DNA from: Gammaproteobacteria bacterium
GTDB lineage: Bacteria > Pseudomonadota > Gammaproteobacteria > SURF-13
Assembly (NCBI GenBank): GCA_030680605.1
Contig: JAUXUQ010000012.1
Coordinates: 22,339 to 86,338 of the forward strand
DNA length: 64,000 nucleotides
Direction: 5' to 3'
Shown: piece after piece, positions 11,561 to 23,474 of the stretch
How positions within the stretch are numbered: position 1 is the first letter of the stretch
Layout of the letters: each line of letters begins with the position of its first letter
Program-made: the position numbers and the translations under genes
The notes under the pieces: model-generated
Databases searched by the model: none
What the model was told of the DNA's origin: nothing
The model's input: the letters and a program-made list of their open reading frames with translations, nothing else

Positions 11561-12052
11561 TCAAAATCCATCATTTTCAGAGGCACCCTGCTTTGCTTCC
11601 TGTTTCATTTCGTCTATGGCCTGATTCGCCAACTGGTCGGCGATTTCATTTTCCGGGTGACCGTTGTGGCCGCGCACCCAGTGCCACGTTACCTTGTGTG
11701 TCGCGACAACGGCGTCCAGCCGCTGCCACAGATCGACATTCTTGACCGGCTTTTTGTCTGCCGTTTTCCAGCCGCGTCGCTTCCAGCTGTTGATCCACTG
11801 ACTGATGCCCTGATGTACATACTGTGAATCGGTTGTGACTGCTGCCTCACATGACCTTTTGAGTGATTCCAGCGCCTGAATCACGGCCATGAGTTCCATC
11901 CGGTTATTGGTGGTATGCGCCTCCGCGCCGAAGAGGGTCTTCTCCGTGCCCTGATAACGCAGCAACGCACCCCAACCGCCGGGGCCGGGATTGCCGCGGC
12001 AGGCACCATCGGTAAATATTTCCACCACGCTGGTGGAGCCGGCTTCAGTCAT
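11561..12052 (-). CDS. rnhA: Ribonuclease HI
   Basis: ORF 11561..12073. Motifs [21 protein letters not shown], active-site D/E/D pattern. Start likely the internal MTEAG. Confidence 0.9.
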   Translation of the reverse strand: MTEAGSTSVVEIFTDGACRGNPGPGGWGALLRYQGTEKTLFGAEAHTTNNRMELMAVIQALESLKRSCEAAVTTDSQYVHQGISQWINSWKRRGWKTADKKPVKNVDLWQRLDAVVATHKVTWHWVRGHNGHPENEIADQLANQAIDEMKQEAKQGASENDGF

Positions 12053-12836
12053 GGTGCCGTACCTTGCCCGCACTGGTCTCGGGCATGCGTACCGGCACCA
12101 GTCGCCGCGTCGATTCCCAGCGTGGCTTGATCGGCGTGAGTGTTGCTACACGTTTTTTTGCCAGCAGCAGATAGGCGCCGCCCCAGGCGGGCCAGGTACG
12201 CGCGCCCAGTTTCTCCATAAAATCCAGACGCTGCATGATACCGGGGTGACGCAGCGGCGGACGAAAAAAGAACGGTCGTTGCGCCACCACCTCAAATCCG
12301 AGCAGCGCCAGCCAGTCCTTGATCCGCAGCAGGCTGAGAAAACGGCCACACCACGGCGGACGGCCACTGCGCATCAGCGCCAGTCGCCACAGCCCCCACA
12401 GGCTCCACGGATTAAAACCCAGAATGACCACATGGCCCTCGGGAATCAGCACCCGCTCGGCCTCGCGCAACACGCCATGCGGGTCGGCCTCGAATTCCAG
12501 CGTATGCGCCAGCAGCACGACATCCACCGCGTCGGTCGCCACCGGCAGGGCATCAGGTCGACTATAGACCCCCGGCGCAACTTTTCCCGCCCCTTCCAGA
12601 TCGCTCACCAGGACTACGCGGTGGGTAATACGGCTGCTGGCGAGCAGATCGACATCCGTCAGGCTGCCGATCTGGAGCGCGTGATAGCCAAACAGGTTGG
12701 GCAGAAACTCCGCCAGTTGCGCACGCTCCATATCGAGCAGCCAACGCCCCAGGCTCAGCCGATACCAGGCCCGCTGCAGGCGTCTTGTGCCTGATTGCGG
12801 TGTGGCACCACCCTCATGTCCGTTACTGTGTCTCAT
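12045..12836 (-). CDS. Class I SAM-dependent methyltransferase (YafS-like)
   Basis: 263 aa. Similar to E. coli YafS and conserved in position between rnhA and gloB. Confidence 0.7.
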   Translation of the reverse strand: MRHSNGHEGGATPQSGTRRLQRAWYRLSLGRWLLDMERAQLAEFLPNLFGYHALQIGSLTDVDLLASSRITHRVVLVSDLEGAGKVAPGVYSRPDALPVATDAVDVVLLAHTLEFEADPHGVLREAERVLIPEGHVVILGFNPWSLWGLWRLALMRSGRPPWCGRFLSLLRIKDWLALLGFEVVAQRPFFFRPPLRHPGIMQRLDFMEKLGARTWPAWGGAYLLLAKKRVATLTPIKPRWESTRRLVPVRMPETSAGKVRHHD

Positions 12837-12926
12837 AAGCCTGATTCAGTGCTGCTCTGCCTGTATTGGAGCGGGCCACGCTGCATCCGGATTGACCTCG
12901 CGCTGGCACGGTGTAGCATGTGACGC

Positions 12927-13706
12927 ATGATGCAGGTTCGCCCCGTAGCCGCCTTCAGGGACAATTATATCTGGCTCGCCGGTCATGCCGACAGCCGCCG
13001 CGTGGCGATTGTCGATCCGGGCGACGCCCAGCCGGTACTCAATGCCCTGCGGCGTGACGCCCTCACACCGTGCGCGGTACTGATCACCCATCACCATCAC
13101 GACCACGTTGGTGGCGTCACTGAACTGCTGCGTCATTTCGGCCTGCCGGTGTATGGTCCCGCCCGTGAAGCGATACCCGCGCTCAGCCATCCGTTGCACG
13201 AGGGCGACCAAGTGGTGCTGGAGGAGGCGGGCCTCCGCCTTAACGTACTCGACGTGCCGGGCCACACCCGGGGCGCCATCGCCTATCACGGTAACGGCGG
13301 GCTGTTTTGCGGCGACACGCTGTTCACTGCGGGCTGCGGTTACCTGTTTGAGGGCACGGCAACCCAAATGTACCACGCTTTGAGCAAACTCGCCGGGCTG
13401 CCGCCTGAAACACAGGTATACTGCGGCCATGAATACACGGCCGACAATCTGGCCTTTGCCCGCGTGGTCGAACCCCATAACCCGGACATCCTCAGCCGCA
13501 GCAGCGATGTCGACCGCCTGCGTGAGCAAGGCCTGCCGACGGTTCCCGCCCCCTTAGCACTGGAATTGCGCACCAACCCGTTTTTGCGTTGTCATATCCC
13601 TGCCGTTGCGGCGGCGGCGGAGCGCTATGCTGGCCGCCGTCTGGCCGAGGCGGCCGACGTGTTCGCAGTTGTGCGGGCTTGGAAAGACGATTTAGACAAA
13701 GTATAA
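12927..13706 (+). CDS. gloB: Hydroxyacylglutathione hydrolase (glyoxalase II)
   Basis: 259 aa. Metallo-beta-lactamase motif THHHHDHVGG. Confidence 0.9.
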   Translation: MMQVRPVAAFRDNYIWLAGHADSRRVAIVDPGDAQPVLNALRRDALTPCAVLITHHHHDHVGGVTELLRHFGLPVYGPAREAIPALSHPLHEGDQVVLEEAGLRLNVLDVPGHTRGAIAYHGNGGLFCGDTLFTAGCGYLFEGTATQMYHALSKLAGLPPETQVYCGHEYTADNLAFARVVEPHNPDILSRSSDVDRLREQGLPTVPAPLALELRTNPFLRCHIPAVAAAAERYAGRRLAEAADVFAVVRAWKDDLDKV

Positions 13707-13758
13707 TTTACAGGCTTCTGGTTGACCTCCCTCCCCCTGGCTTCTACCATTTTTCGTT

Positions 13759-15147
13759 ATGGGAAAACTGAAACAACGTTACACCGCAGGAAAATGCTGC
13801 CTCATGCTCACCCTGAGCCTGGGGCTGGTCGCCTGTGCCCAGCAACCCCGTGACACAGCCGCTGCGCCATCCCCAACGATCAGCGATAACCTGTCGAAAG
13901 AAGTAGAAAAACAAGGGGATCCCCCCGCCTCCGACAGCACCGAGGCCTCTGCTTCCACCATACCTGACACCCCTTCTGATTCCGCGCCCGAACACCCCCT
14001 CACCACCACCCGCCCGGGCCTGTGGGACAGCTTGGAGCAGCAGTTAACGCCACCCGATACGCCCACCGCCGAGGCCGACTCGCCCTCAGACTTGTGGCAC
14101 CGGATCCGCGCCGGTTTTGCACTCCCCCATTACGATCACCCCAAGGTGCAGGCCGAGGCCCGCGCATACGCCACCTCGCAGGAGCATGTCGATACCGTCA
14201 CTCAGCGTGCCACGCCTTATATGTACTACGTGGTACAAGAGCTGGAGAAGCGCGGCATGCCCACCGAAATTGCGCTGGTGCCCATTATCGAGAGCGCCTA
14301 CTCGCCGGGGGCAGTATCCGCCAGCGGGGCGGCAGGCATCTGGCAGTTCATCCCCTCCACCGGGCGCCATATGGGCCTGACCCGCAACTTCTGGTACGAC
14401 GGTCGGCGTGATGTCATCGCCTCGACCGCTGCAGCGCTGACCTATCTGCAGCGGCTCAATACCGAGTTCGACGGCGACTGGCTGATCACCCTCGCGGCCT
14501 ATAACGCGGGTGAAGGCAGACTGCGGCGCGCCATACAAAAGAATCAGCGGGCTGGAAGGCCTGCCGACTTCTGGTCACTCGACCTGCCGCAGGAAACAGC
14601 GACCTATGTACCGCGCCTGCTCGGCATCGCCGCCCTCGTGAACCATCCGGAAGAATTCGGCATTACCCTCGCCAGCATTCCCAACGCCCCCTACCTCGCC
14701 AGCGTGGACGTCGACAACCAGATCAACCTCAATGTGGCGGCCCAGATTGCCGGCATGTCACGCGACGAACTCAGACGGCTGAACCCGGGCCTGCTGCGCG
14801 GCATCACCGACCCCAAGGGCACAACCACGCTGTTACTGCCTGCAGACAAGGCCGAAAAGTTCAGCCGGCGCCTCGCCAGCATCGATCCTGGCACACTGCA
14901 GTCACACTCACTGGCAAAACCGCAAGCCAGCAAGCAAAGCGCGCCCAAACAGGCATCCGGCGTGACTGCGCCAGGGCAGCAGAAAAAATATGTTGTACGC
15001 CAGGGCGACACGCTGGGCGCCATTGCCCGCGACTTCAGTATCAGTTTGGCGCAACTGGAACGCTGGAATGCAGACCAGTTAAATGGTAAATATCTGACAC
15101 CCGGCATCACGCTGAAGATTTACCCGCCTGCAAAAGCCGGTTCGTAA
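13759..15147 (+). CDS. mltD: Membrane-bound lytic murein transglycosylase D (SLT domain plus C-terminal LysM)
   Basis: 462 aa. Lipoprotein-type signal (LVAC), SLT catalytic region (ESAYSPGAVSASGAAGIWQF), C-terminal LysM (YVVRQGDTLGAIARDF). Confidence 0.85.
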   Translation: MGKLKQRYTAGKCCLMLTLSLGLVACAQQPRDTAAAPSPTISDNLSKEVEKQGDPPASDSTEASASTIPDTPSDSAPEHPLTTTRPGLWDSLEQQLTPPDTPTAEADSPSDLWHRIRAGFALPHYDHPKVQAEARAYATSQEHVDTVTQRATPYMYYVVQELEKRGMPTEIALVPIIESAYSPGAVSASGAAGIWQFIPSTGRHMGLTRNFWYDGRRDVIASTAAALTYLQRLNTEFDGDWLITLAAYNAGEGRLRRAIQKNQRAGRPADFWSLDLPQETATYVPRLLGIAALVNHPEEFGITLASIPNAPYLASVDVDNQINLNVAAQIAGMSRDELRRLNPGLLRGITDPKGTTTLLLPADKAEKFSRRLASIDPGTLQSHSLAKPQASKQSAPKQASGVTAPGQQKKYVVRQGDTLGAIARDFSISLAQLERWNADQLNGKYLTPGITLKIYPPAKAGS

Positions 15148-15176
15148 ACCACCGTCATCCTGCGAGGAGGCCAGCC

Positions 15177-16109
15177 ATGCGAGCAATCCGCATCCACCAA
15201 TTCGGTGGTGCTGAGGTTTTGCGTTATGAAGACGCCCCGCAACCTGTGCCGGGCGCCGACGAAGTACTGATACGGGTGCATGCCGCCGGGGTCAACCCGG
15301 TGGACGCCAAGATCCGCGCCGGCAAACTACAGGGACGCGTTGACCACAGGCTGCCCCTGATACTGGGCTGGGATGTCGCGGGCACCATTGAACAAACCGG
15401 CGCCGATGTTACCCAATTCAAGCCCGGTGATGCCGTGTACGCACGTCCTGACATCGCACGTGATGGCGCCTACGCCGAATACATCGTCGTGCGCGCGAGC
15501 GAGGTGGCGCTGAAGCCGGAGTCCCTCGACTTCATCCATGCTGCCGCCGTCCCGCTCTCCGCACTCACCGCCTGGCAGTCGCTATTTGTTGCAGGCGATC
15601 TTCAGCCCGGCCAGACCATCCTGATTCATGCTGGCGCGGGCGGTGTCGGTCACTATGCGCTGCAACTCGCGCACTGGAAGGGCGCTCACGTCATCACCAC
15701 CGCCTCGGCGCGTAATGCCGACTTTGTGCGCGCGCTCGGCGCCGACGACGTGATTGATTACACCAGCGCCCGCTTCGAAGACGCCGTGCACGAGGCAGAC
15801 ATGGTGTTTGATACCGTGGGTGGCGACGTGCAGCAGCATTCATGGCAGGTATTAAAGCGAGGCGGCATACTGGTGTCCATCCTCGCACTCACTGTGCCCG
15901 ACGAGGCTGAACAACGTGGCTGGCGCTCCGCCTACGTGTTCGTACAACCCAGCGCACAACAACTTGCACAACTCGCCAGCCTGATTGATGCGGGCAGCAT
16001 CAATCCGCATGTCGATAATGTGATGGCCTTGAGCGATGCCGCCAAGGCCCACATCCTGATTCAGGGCGGCCACGCCCGCGGCAAGATCGTACTCAACGTC
16101 CTGCAGTAA
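15177..16109 (+). CDS. Zinc-type alcohol dehydrogenase / NADPH:quinone oxidoreductase family protein
   Basis: 310 aa. MDR family fold with GAGGVG nucleotide-binding motif. Confidence 0.8.
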   Translation: MRAIRIHQFGGAEVLRYEDAPQPVPGADEVLIRVHAAGVNPVDAKIRAGKLQGRVDHRLPLILGWDVAGTIEQTGADVTQFKPGDAVYARPDIARDGAYAEYIVVRASEVALKPESLDFIHAAAVPLSALTAWQSLFVAGDLQPGQTILIHAGAGGVGHYALQLAHWKGAHVITTASARNADFVRALGADDVIDYTSARFEDAVHEADMVFDTVGGDVQQHSWQVLKRGGILVSILALTVPDEAEQRGWRSAYVFVQPSAQQLAQLASLIDAGSINPHVDNVMALSDAAKAHILIQGGHARGKIVLNVLQ

Positions 16110-16123
16110 GCACGCAGGCCGTA

Positions 16124-17962
16124 CTAGGCGTGCTCGGCGATTTTCGGCACCGCACTCAACAGCGTTTTTGTATACGGGTGCTGCGGATTGCGCAACACCT
16201 CTCCGGCACTGCCGGACTCGACAATCCTGCCTTGATGCATCACGGCCACGTCATCGGCAAGATATTCCACCACCGCGATATTATGGGTGATAAAGAGGTA
16301 GGCAATACCCAGTTCGCGCTGCAATTCTTTCAGCAGATTAAGGGTCTGCGCCTGCACAGACACATCAAGCGCGCTGGTCGGCTCGTCACACACCAGCAGC
16401 TTGGGGCGAACCGCCAGCGCGCGGGCGATGCTGATGCGCTGGCGTTGCCCGCCCGAGAATTCATGCGGATAGCGCAGCCCGGCCTCGGCCGGCAACCCGA
16501 CCTGCTCCAGCACCTGCGCTATACGCGCAGCACGATCGGCCGCTGTTTTGCCCACACCCTGCGCGACCATGCCCTCCTCAATAATGTCTGCCACGATCAT
16601 GCGCGGATTGAGTGATGAATAGGGGTCCTGAAAAATAATCTGAAAATCCGCGCGCCGCGCGCGCAGGCTGGCGCCGCGCAACTGCGTCAATTCGTCACCG
16701 GCAAACCGCACGCTGCCTGCCGTCGGACGTATGAGTTGCAGAATGCCCTTGCCCACCGTGGTCTTGCCGGAACCGGACTCGCCCACCAGGGCCAGCGTGC
16801 GCCCGGCGCGGATGCTGAGTGAAACGCCATCCACTGCGCGCACATGTCCCACCACGCGCTTGAACACCCCCTGCTCTATGGGAAAGTAGACCTTGAGGTC
16901 TTTCACGGTCAGCAGCTCTTCGCCCACCGATGCTGTGTCAGTCTGCACCGCCTGCGCCGCTACCCGTACCGGTTGCGGTGGCGCTGAGGACTGATAACGT
17001 GCATCGTGCAAATGACAACGCACGGCCGCGTGCGCCCCGGCGGCAAGCAAGTCCGGCGTGCGGTCATGGCAGGTCTGCCAGGCAGATTCGCAGCGCGGCG
17101 CAAAGCGGCACCCTGTAAACGTCTGTGTCAGCGGCGGTACCCGGCCCTGTATCACGGCCAGACGCGTGCCGCGCTTGCCCAGCGTGGGCACGGACTCGAA
17201 CAGCTTCCGCGTATACGGATGTCGCGGCACGGCAAACAGCTCCGTCCGTGGCGCCTGCTCTACAATCTGGCCCGCGTACATCACCGCCACCCGTGCGGCC
17301 ATCTCCGACACCACGCCAAGATCATGGGTGATCAGCAGCAGCGCCATGCCCGTATCTTTTTGCAACCGACGCAGCAGCTCCAGTATCTGGGCCTGTATCG
17401 TCACGTCGAGTGCCGTGGTAGGTTCATCGGCAATCAGCAGTTCCGGCTCACCCGCCAGCGCGATGGCAATCATCACACGCTGCTTCATACCGCCGGAAAG
17501 CTGGTGCGGAAAATCATGGTAGCGCCGTTGCGGCTCGGCTATACCTACCGCGTCCAGCAATTCTATCGCTCGCATCTGTGCGGCACCCGCCGTGATGCCA
17601 TGGTGGCAGCGCAATGCCTCGCTGATCTGCATACCAATGGTCAGCACCGCATTCAGGCTGGTCATCGGCTCCTGAAATATCATCGCGATGCGCCCACCAC
17701 GCACACTGCGCATGTCACGCTCGGGCAGCGCCAGCAGGTCCTGGCCTTCCAGCCATACCTCACCCGACACGCCGGCAGTAGCCGGCAGCAGGCGCATGAT
17801 GGAGAGCGCGCTCAGTGATTTGCCACTGCCGGACTCGCCCAGCAGGGCGAAGGTCTCACCACGCGCGATCTCGAAACTTACCTCGTCGACCGCGCACAAC
17901 CTGCCCTGCCCGGACTCAAACCAGGTGCTGAGATTACGTACACAGAGCAGTGTGTTGTTCAT
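16124..17962 (-). CDS. yejF: Peptide ABC transporter, fused double ATP-binding protein (YejF-like)
   Basis: 612 aa with two Walker A (GESGSGKS x2) and two signature motifs. Last gene of a yejABEF-like operon. Confidence 0.85.
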   Translation of the reverse strand: MNNTLLCVRNLSTWFESGQGRLCAVDEVSFEIARGETFALLGESGSGKSLSALSIMRLLPATAGVSGEVWLEGQDLLALPERDMRSVRGGRIAMIFQEPMTSLNAVLTIGMQISEALRCHHGITAGAAQMRAIELLDAVGIAEPQRRYHDFPHQLSGGMKQRVMIAIALAGEPELLIADEPTTALDVTIQAQILELLRRLQKDTGMALLLITHDLGVVSEMAARVAVMYAGQIVEQAPRTELFAVPRHPYTRKLFESVPTLGKRGTRLAVIQGRVPPLTQTFTGCRFAPRCESAWQTCHDRTPDLLAAGAHAAVRCHLHDARYQSSAPPQPVRVAAQAVQTDTASVGEELLTVKDLKVYFPIEQGVFKRVVGHVRAVDGVSLSIRAGRTLALVGESGSGKTTVGKGILQLIRPTAGSVRFAGDELTQLRGASLRARRADFQIIFQDPYSSLNPRMIVADIIEEGMVAQGVGKTAADRAARIAQVLEQVGLPAEAGLRYPHEFSGGQRQRISIARALAVRPKLLVCDEPTSALDVSVQAQTLNLLKELQRELGIAYLFITHNIAVVEYLADDVAVMHQGRIVESGSAGEVLRNPQHPYTKTLLSAVPKIAEHA

Positions 17963-19374
17963 TGCTTGCGCAACCTCGGGTCAAAGGCATCACGCACCAC
18001 ATCTGAAAACAGGTTCGCCGCCAGCACCAGCGCAAACATGAAGATAAAGGCCGCACACAGCGACCACCACACCATGGGATCACGCGCCATTTCCAGTCGC
18101 GCGCCGTTAATCATGTTGCCCCAGCTGAGCGTGCTCGGATCCACCCCCACACCCACGTACGACAGCACGGCCTCGGCCAGCACCAACCCGCTGAAATCGA
18201 GCACCACGCTGATCAGCACGATGTGCATGACATTGGGCAGGATATGGCGGCGGATGATCTGGAAGTGGCTGACACCAAAGGCCTGCGCAGCCTGGATGTA
18301 CTCCATCTCGCGCAACTTCAACGCCTCGCCCCGCAGCAAGCGGCACAACCCGGTCCAACTGGTAATGCCCAGTATGATGCACAAAAACAGCAATCGCAGA
18401 TCGGCGCGTTCGGCCAGCGTATCAAACTGCTCCGGGTGATTGGTGATGTAGACCTGCAAGCTCAGTATCGCCGCCGCGATCAACAGCACACCGGGTATCG
18501 AGTTGAGCGTGGTATAGGTGTATTGAATGACATCATCTGCCAGCCCCCGGAAATAGCCGGCCATGATGCCGAGCAAAATGGCGAATGGCAGCATCACCAG
18601 CGTGGTCAAGGTGCCAATCACCAATCCCGTGCGGATACTCTTCAGTGTCTGGTACAGCACGTCCTGTCCCACCTTGTCGGTGCCGAGCACGTGATATTTC
18701 AGACTCAACATGGACGCCCACAGCACCACCATGAGCATAACCAGCAGCGCCAGCCAGACTACCCGCCATGGCGTCTCGGTTTCGCCACGCACAATACGGC
18801 GCAGCATGACGCGCCACGCCACACGCTCGCGCCACGCCAGCAGGCCGGTGAACACTGCGCCTGCGGCCAAACCCAGCAACAGCGACAGCAGCACCGCCTG
18901 CGCGCTGGTCAGCAGAATATCCGCCGCCCGCTCCTGTGCCGGGTGCTGCAAATGCCGCCCGCCGTGCTGCAGGCGCGGAAATTCCCGGCTCTGGGTGCCG
19001 TCGGCATGCTCTACGGTTTCCTTGGTATAGAGATGGGTGGCAAACGGCGCCGAATAGGTCTTCTCGCTGCGCTCCCGCAACGGCGTAGCGACCAGATCAA
19101 ACACACTCAATACCTCGATGGAATACTCACGCTCGGCCTGCGGCTTGCCGCCATCCGGCAACGGCAACCTGAAATGCAGCGAGTCGAGCAGCCCGATCAA
19201 TACATAGGTGAGCAACACCACCAGCGAGACGGCCGCCATCCGGCTGCGCTTCACCTGTCGCCACGGCGCACGCAGGTGCTCCTTGCCGCGCACATGCACG
19301 GCGAACGCAATCACCGTGACCAGCAGCACGAAGATCAGCGCATCGGTAGGCAGAATAACAGGCAGAAATGGCAT
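17959..19374 (-). CDS. yejE: Peptide ABC transporter permease (YejE-like)
   Basis: 471 aa polytopic membrane protein, BPD_transp_1-type. 4-nt overlap with yejF. Confidence 0.8.
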   Translation of the reverse strand: MPFLPVILPTDALIFVLLVTVIAFAVHVRGKEHLRAPWRQVKRSRMAAVSLVVLLTYVLIGLLDSLHFRLPLPDGGKPQAEREYSIEVLSVFDLVATPLRERSEKTYSAPFATHLYTKETVEHADGTQSREFPRLQHGGRHLQHPAQERAADILLTSAQAVLLSLLLGLAAGAVFTGLLAWRERVAWRVMLRRIVRGETETPWRVVWLALLVMLMVVLWASMLSLKYHVLGTDKVGQDVLYQTLKSIRTGLVIGTLTTLVMLPFAILLGIMAGYFRGLADDVIQYTYTTLNSIPGVLLIAAAILSLQVYITNHPEQFDTLAERADLRLLFLCIILGITSWTGLCRLLRGEALKLREMEYIQAAQAFGVSHFQIIRRHILPNVMHIVLISVVLDFSGLVLAEAVLSYVGVGVDPSTLSWGNMINGARLEMARDPMVWWSLCAAFIFMFALVLAANLFSDVVRDAFDPRLRKQ

Positions 19375-20352
19375 CTAGCCCAGCCTCACGCGCGGGTCTA
19401 CCAGGGTGTAGGAGATATCCGTCAGCACCAGCCCCACGATATAGAGCACCGAGCCCAGAAACACCATGGCGCGCACCACGGCGAAATCCTGTGAGTTGAT
19501 GGCGTCAATGGTGTAGCTGCCGAGGCCGGGAATGCCGAAAAACGACTCCAGTATCAGGCTGCCCATGAACAGCAGCGGCAACACCACTACCACTCCGGTC
19601 AGAATCGGAATCATGGCGTTCTTGAGTACGTGGTAAAACAACACCCGCAGTTCGGAGAGCCCCTTGGCGCGTGCCGTGCGCACGTAGTCCTTGCCGATTT
19701 CCTCGAGGAAGATTGTGCGGTACCAGCGGCTGCCGGAACCGATGCCGCTGACAATGCCGATAATCACCGGCAACAGAATAAACTTGAAGGCCTGCACGCC
19801 GGTGTCATAGCCGGACACCGGCACGATATGCAGCAGCTTGCTGATGAGGTACTGGCCGCCGATGATGTAGAACAGCCCCGAGATCGACATCAACACCACA
19901 CACAACACCACGCCTCCGACATCGATATAGGTGGCGCGGAAGAAGGCCATCAACAGCGCAAAGGTGATATTGGTCAGCAGCCCGATCAACAGCACCGGCA
20001 ACGCAATCGCCAGACTGGGCCACATGCGCTCGCGTATCTCCAGGCCGATATCGCGGCCGTCGTCGGAGCGGCCGAAGTCGAACACAAACAAGGCCAATGA
20101 TTTCTTGTAGAAAATGGTATCCGTCAGCTGTGCCGTGCCTTCAGCGCCACTGTTATATAACAGCGGCTTGTCATAGCCGCGCTCCACCTTCCACTTGTCG
20201 ATCGCCTCCTGCGTGACATGCTTTACACCCAGATGCACTCGCGCCATGTCATCCGGCTTGTTTACCACAAAAAACAGTGCGAAGGTCAGCAGGTTGACGC
20301 CAATCAGGATCGGGATCGCATACAACACACGGCGCAGGATATAGGCCATCAT
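19375..20352 (-). CDS. yejB: Peptide ABC transporter permease (YejB-like)
   Basis: ORF 19375..20460. Start refined to MMAYILRR, directly after the upstream stop. Confidence 0.8.
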   Translation of the reverse strand: MMAYILRRVLYAIPILIGVNLLTFALFFVVNKPDDMARVHLGVKHVTQEAIDKWKVERGYDKPLLYNSGAEGTAQLTDTIFYKKSLALFVFDFGRSDDGRDIGLEIRERMWPSLAIALPVLLIGLLTNITFALLMAFFRATYIDVGGVVLCVVLMSISGLFYIIGGQYLISKLLHIVPVSGYDTGVQAFKFILLPVIIGIVSGIGSGSRWYRTIFLEEIGKDYVRTARAKGLSELRVLFYHVLKNAMIPILTGVVVVLPLLFMGSLILESFFGIPGLGSYTIDAINSQDFAVVRAMVFLGSVLYIVGLVLTDISYTLVDPRVRLG

Positions 20353-22514
20353 TTGGCGGCACTCCGCTGTTTGCGCCTGTAACTCACCAGCGCCGGGGCC
20401 GCGCCCAACAGCAGCAGCGCCAGCAATGCCCACAGCGGCCACACCACAGGCTGGTTCCATGCCGCGCGCAGACGGGCACGCTCGTCGGGGTCAATGCGGA
20501 TGTACTTCAGGGTATTGTTCGCCATCTCGTTGGGCTTGGCATTGTGATACCAGCGATGGTACAGCCCGAATTTCTTGCGGTGCATGCCCCACAGCCAGGG
20601 CGCATCGTGGCGCACGATCTCGACCATGCGACTGATCACCGCCTGCCGCTCGGAGCCATTGTCCATGCTCTTCATCTGCTCAAACAGGCTGTCATACTCC
20701 GGGTTGCTGTAGTTCGAGGCGTTTTCGCCATTTTTGCCGGCCTTGGCATTCGGGCCATACAACAGAAACAGGAAATTTTCCGGGTCGGGGTAATCCGCAT
20801 TCCAGCCCCACTGGTAAATCTGTGCGTTGCCCTTGTGCATCTTCTCCTGAAAGCGGTTGAAGTCGGTATTGCGGATATCGAGTTGCAGGTCGAGCTTGAG
20901 AAACTGCTTGCGCAGCCAGTCGAGATACGACTTGTTGTCCGGCCCGCTGGCTGCGATATCAAAATGCAGCAGCAGCGGCTTGCCGGTTTCTGCGTCCCGG
21001 CCATTGGGGTAGCCCGCTTCCGCCAGCAGTTGCCGCGCAACGTCGATGGACTTGCGCTGCGGTTTGCCGTCTATCCAGTCATAGGTATACGGATTAATGC
21101 CCGGCTGCCCGTCTATGTGGCCAAATATGCCGGGCGGAATCGGGCCCTGCGCGGCCACCCCGCGACCATTGCGGAAAATGGAAATCATTTCCTCTTGGTC
21201 GATGGCGATCGCAATCGCCCGCCGCAGCTTGCGCGCACGCTCACCCATGCCGCCGATCACCGGGTCGAGCATGTTGAAGCCGATGTAGGAAATATCGGTG
21301 CCGACGCTGGTGCGCAAATGTATGCCGCGCTCACGCATCGGCTCGCTCACTGCGGCTTCGCCCTGCATGCCCACATTCACAGCCTGATCAAAAGTGTCGG
21401 AGCTGATGCCCGAGGTATCGTAATAGCCCTGCAAAAATTTGTTCCAGTACGGGATGCTTTCCTTCTCCAGACTGTACACCGCCTTGTCGATAAACGGCAG
21501 ACTGCGCCCGGCATCATTCAGCAGGCCGGCCTCATGATCGCCCGGCATGCCCTCGACGGGGTAGCTCTCCGCGTGATAATTGGGATTGCGCTCCAGCACC
21601 ATCTGCCGATTGGGATTATTCAGCGTGAGCATGTACGGCCCGGTGCCGACCGGATACCAGTCCAGCGACAGATTTTTTTCCGCCATGCCGGGCTGGGCAT
21701 AGAAGCGATCCACTTCCGGCGCCACCGGCGCGAAGAACGGCATCGCCAGCCAATACACAAGTTGCGGATATTTGCCATAGACCTTGATGCGGTAGGTATA
21801 GCGGTCTATCACCGTGGCGCCTTCCAGCGCATACCGGTTGAGATCAAGAAAGGCCTCCCGCCCGGCAGCGTCCTGCGCCTGCCGCAAGGTGGCTGCATAG
21901 TCCTTCAGGCCCACGATATGCTCGCTCATCAAGCCAAAAATCGGCGACTCGATACGTGGATGACCAAGCCGCTTGATCTGATAGACATAATCTGCCGCCA
22001 CCAGCTCGCGCGTATCATGTGCGGCAAAATCGTTCAGGCTGGTAACCGGCGCCAGCTCCTCCGGGGCCAGCGCCAGATAGCGCGAACTGTCATCTGCATT
22101 GCGCGCAAAGGCAGGGTGCGGCTGATAGCGGATACCGGGGCGGATGGAAATATCATAGATGCTGTAGGCAATCTCGTCCGTGGCGGCAGTGTCGGCTAAT
22201 TGCCGGCCGTCCTTGTCGAGATACACCGCTCGCGGCACAGCGTCCGCCGCCAGCGGTATCAGCGTATAAGGCCGCTTGAGATAGTGATATTGCAGCGGCG
22301 GCTCGTAGATCTGGGCGATCAGCGCATACTCGTTCTCCACATACGACTGCGCGGGGTCGAGGTGCTTGGGGCGCTGGTCAAACGAGCTGTAGAGGATATT
22401 GCTGTGATCTTCTGCCGCCGGGTAGGGATTGTTCCACGGACGGCCATCGCAGCCCGTCAGCGCGAGCAGCGCGCCGCAGAGCGGCCACAGCAAGGGCAGG
22501 GATAGCCGTTTCAT
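20349..22514 (-). CDS. yejA: Family-5 extracellular solute-binding protein (YejA-like) with lipoprotein signal and an unusual C-terminal hydrophobic tail
   Basis: ORF 20349..22544. Likely start [22 protein letters not shown]. About 720 aa. C-terminal [28 protein letters not shown]. Confidence 0.8.
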   Translation of the reverse strand: MKRLSLPLLWPLCGALLALTGCDGRPWNNPYPAAEDHSNILYSSFDQRPKHLDPAQSYVENEYALIAQIYEPPLQYHYLKRPYTLIPLAADAVPRAVYLDKDGRQLADTAATDEIAYSIYDISIRPGIRYQPHPAFARNADDSSRYLALAPEELAPVTSLNDFAAHDTRELVAADYVYQIKRLGHPRIESPIFGLMSEHIVGLKDYAATLRQAQDAAGREAFLDLNRYALEGATVIDRYTYRIKVYGKYPQLVYWLAMPFFAPVAPEVDRFYAQPGMAEKNLSLDWYPVGTGPYMLTLNNPNRQMVLERNPNYHAESYPVEGMPGDHEAGLLNDAGRSLPFIDKAVYSLEKESIPYWNKFLQGYYDTSGISSDTFDQAVNVGMQGEAAVSEPMRERGIHLRTSVGTDISYIGFNMLDPVIGGMGERARKLRRAIAIAIDQEEMISIFRNGRGVAAQGPIPPGIFGHIDGQPGINPYTYDWIDGKPQRKSIDVARQLLAEAGYPNGRDAETGKPLLLHFDIAASGPDNKSYLDWLRKQFLKLDLQLDIRNTDFNRFQEKMHKGNAQIYQWGWNADYPDPENFLFLLYGPNAKAGKNGENASNYSNPEYDSLFEQMKSMDNGSERQAVISRMVEIVRHDAPWLWGMHRKKFGLYHRWYHNAKPNEMANNTLKYIRIDPDERARLRAAWNQPVVWPLWALLALLLLGAAPALVSYRRKQRSAAK

Positions 22515-22631
22515 CAACGTCACAGTTTCGATTGGTGCGTGCAAGCCAAGGTTCTTTATAATACCCTATTCACGATCACACCGATTTCCGTTACCTTAAC
22601 CACAGCATGCCTGACACGAAAGGATAATGAT

Positions 22632-23414
22632 ATGGGATTTCTCGACGGAAAATGCGCACTCATCGTAGGCCTCGCCAGCAATCGCTCCATCGCCTGGGGC
22701 ATTGCCCAGGCCATGCAGCGGGAAGGGGCACAGCTCGCCTTCACCTACCAGAACGAACGCTTGCAGGAGCGGGTGGAGAAAATGGCGGCGGAGTGCGACT
22801 CGGTCATCACCCTGCCCTGCGATGTCAGCAACGACACCGAAATCGACGCAGTGTTCGAGCATCTGGATGACTACTGGGATCACCTCGACATCATCGTCCA
22901 CTCGGTGGCCTATGCGCCCCGCAACGAACTGGAGGGCAGCTACCTCGACGCCGTCACCCGCGAGGGCTTTCTCATCGCCCATGACATCAGCTCCTACAGC
23001 TTCACCGCGCTGGCCAAGGCCGGGCGCAACATGATGCAGGGCCGCAACGGCGCGCTGCTCACGCTCAGCTACCTCGGCGCGGAAAGCGTCGTGCCGAACT
23101 ACAATGTCATGGGGCTGGCCAAGGCCAGCCTTGAGGCTAACGTGCGCTACATGGCCGACAGCCTCGGCCCCGAGGGCATCCGCGTCAACGCGATCTCCGC
23201 CGGGCCGATCAAGACCCTGGCCGCCTCCGGCATCAGCGGTTTCGGCAAGATGCTCGAGCACACGGAAAAAAATGCCCCGCTGCGGCGCAACGTGACCACC
23301 GAAGATGTCGGCAATGCCGCCGCCTTCCTCTGCTCCGACCTCGCCGCCGGCATCACCGGCGAAGTCGTGCATGTCGACAGTGGCTATCACATCATCGGCG
23401 TAGGGACGCTATAA
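22632..23414 (+). CDS. fabI: Enoyl-[acyl-carrier-protein] reductase (NADH)
   Basis: Starts [26 protein letters not shown].... Canonical FabI with Y-x6-K region. Confidence 0.9.
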   Translation: MGFLDGKCALIVGLASNRSIAWGIAQAMQREGAQLAFTYQNERLQERVEKMAAECDSVITLPCDVSNDTEIDAVFEHLDDYWDHLDIIVHSVAYAPRNELEGSYLDAVTREGFLIAHDISSYSFTALAKAGRNMMQGRNGALLTLSYLGAESVVPNYNVMGLAKASLEANVRYMADSLGPEGIRVNAISAGPIKTLAASGISGFGKMLEHTEKNAPLRRNVTTEDVGNAAAFLCSDLAAGITGEVVHVDSGYHIIGVGTL

Positions 23415-23474
23415 GCGTACACGTCACCACTGGCCCGGGCTGGCCTTATTTTTCACCTGATCTGAGACCGTGAC

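Noticed and set aside
11382-11624. Small ORFs 11382..11624 and 11498..11827 (MSRAQDAQERPL...) as coding genes
   Set aside because: They are artefacts of translating the tandem repeat units. Identical peptide starts arise from the duplicated DNA, not from a conserved protein.
20544-22199. Long plus-strand ORFs (for example 20544..22199 551 aa, 42560..44614 684 aa, 18223..19494, 44418..45704, 45762..46733, 17006..17818, 3212..4366)
   Set aside because: They lie antisense to well-supported conserved genes (yejA, nrdA, yejE, clpB, yejF, hlyD). Translations are low-complexity with Arg/His/Gln-rich runs typical of GC-rich antisense frames. No independent support.
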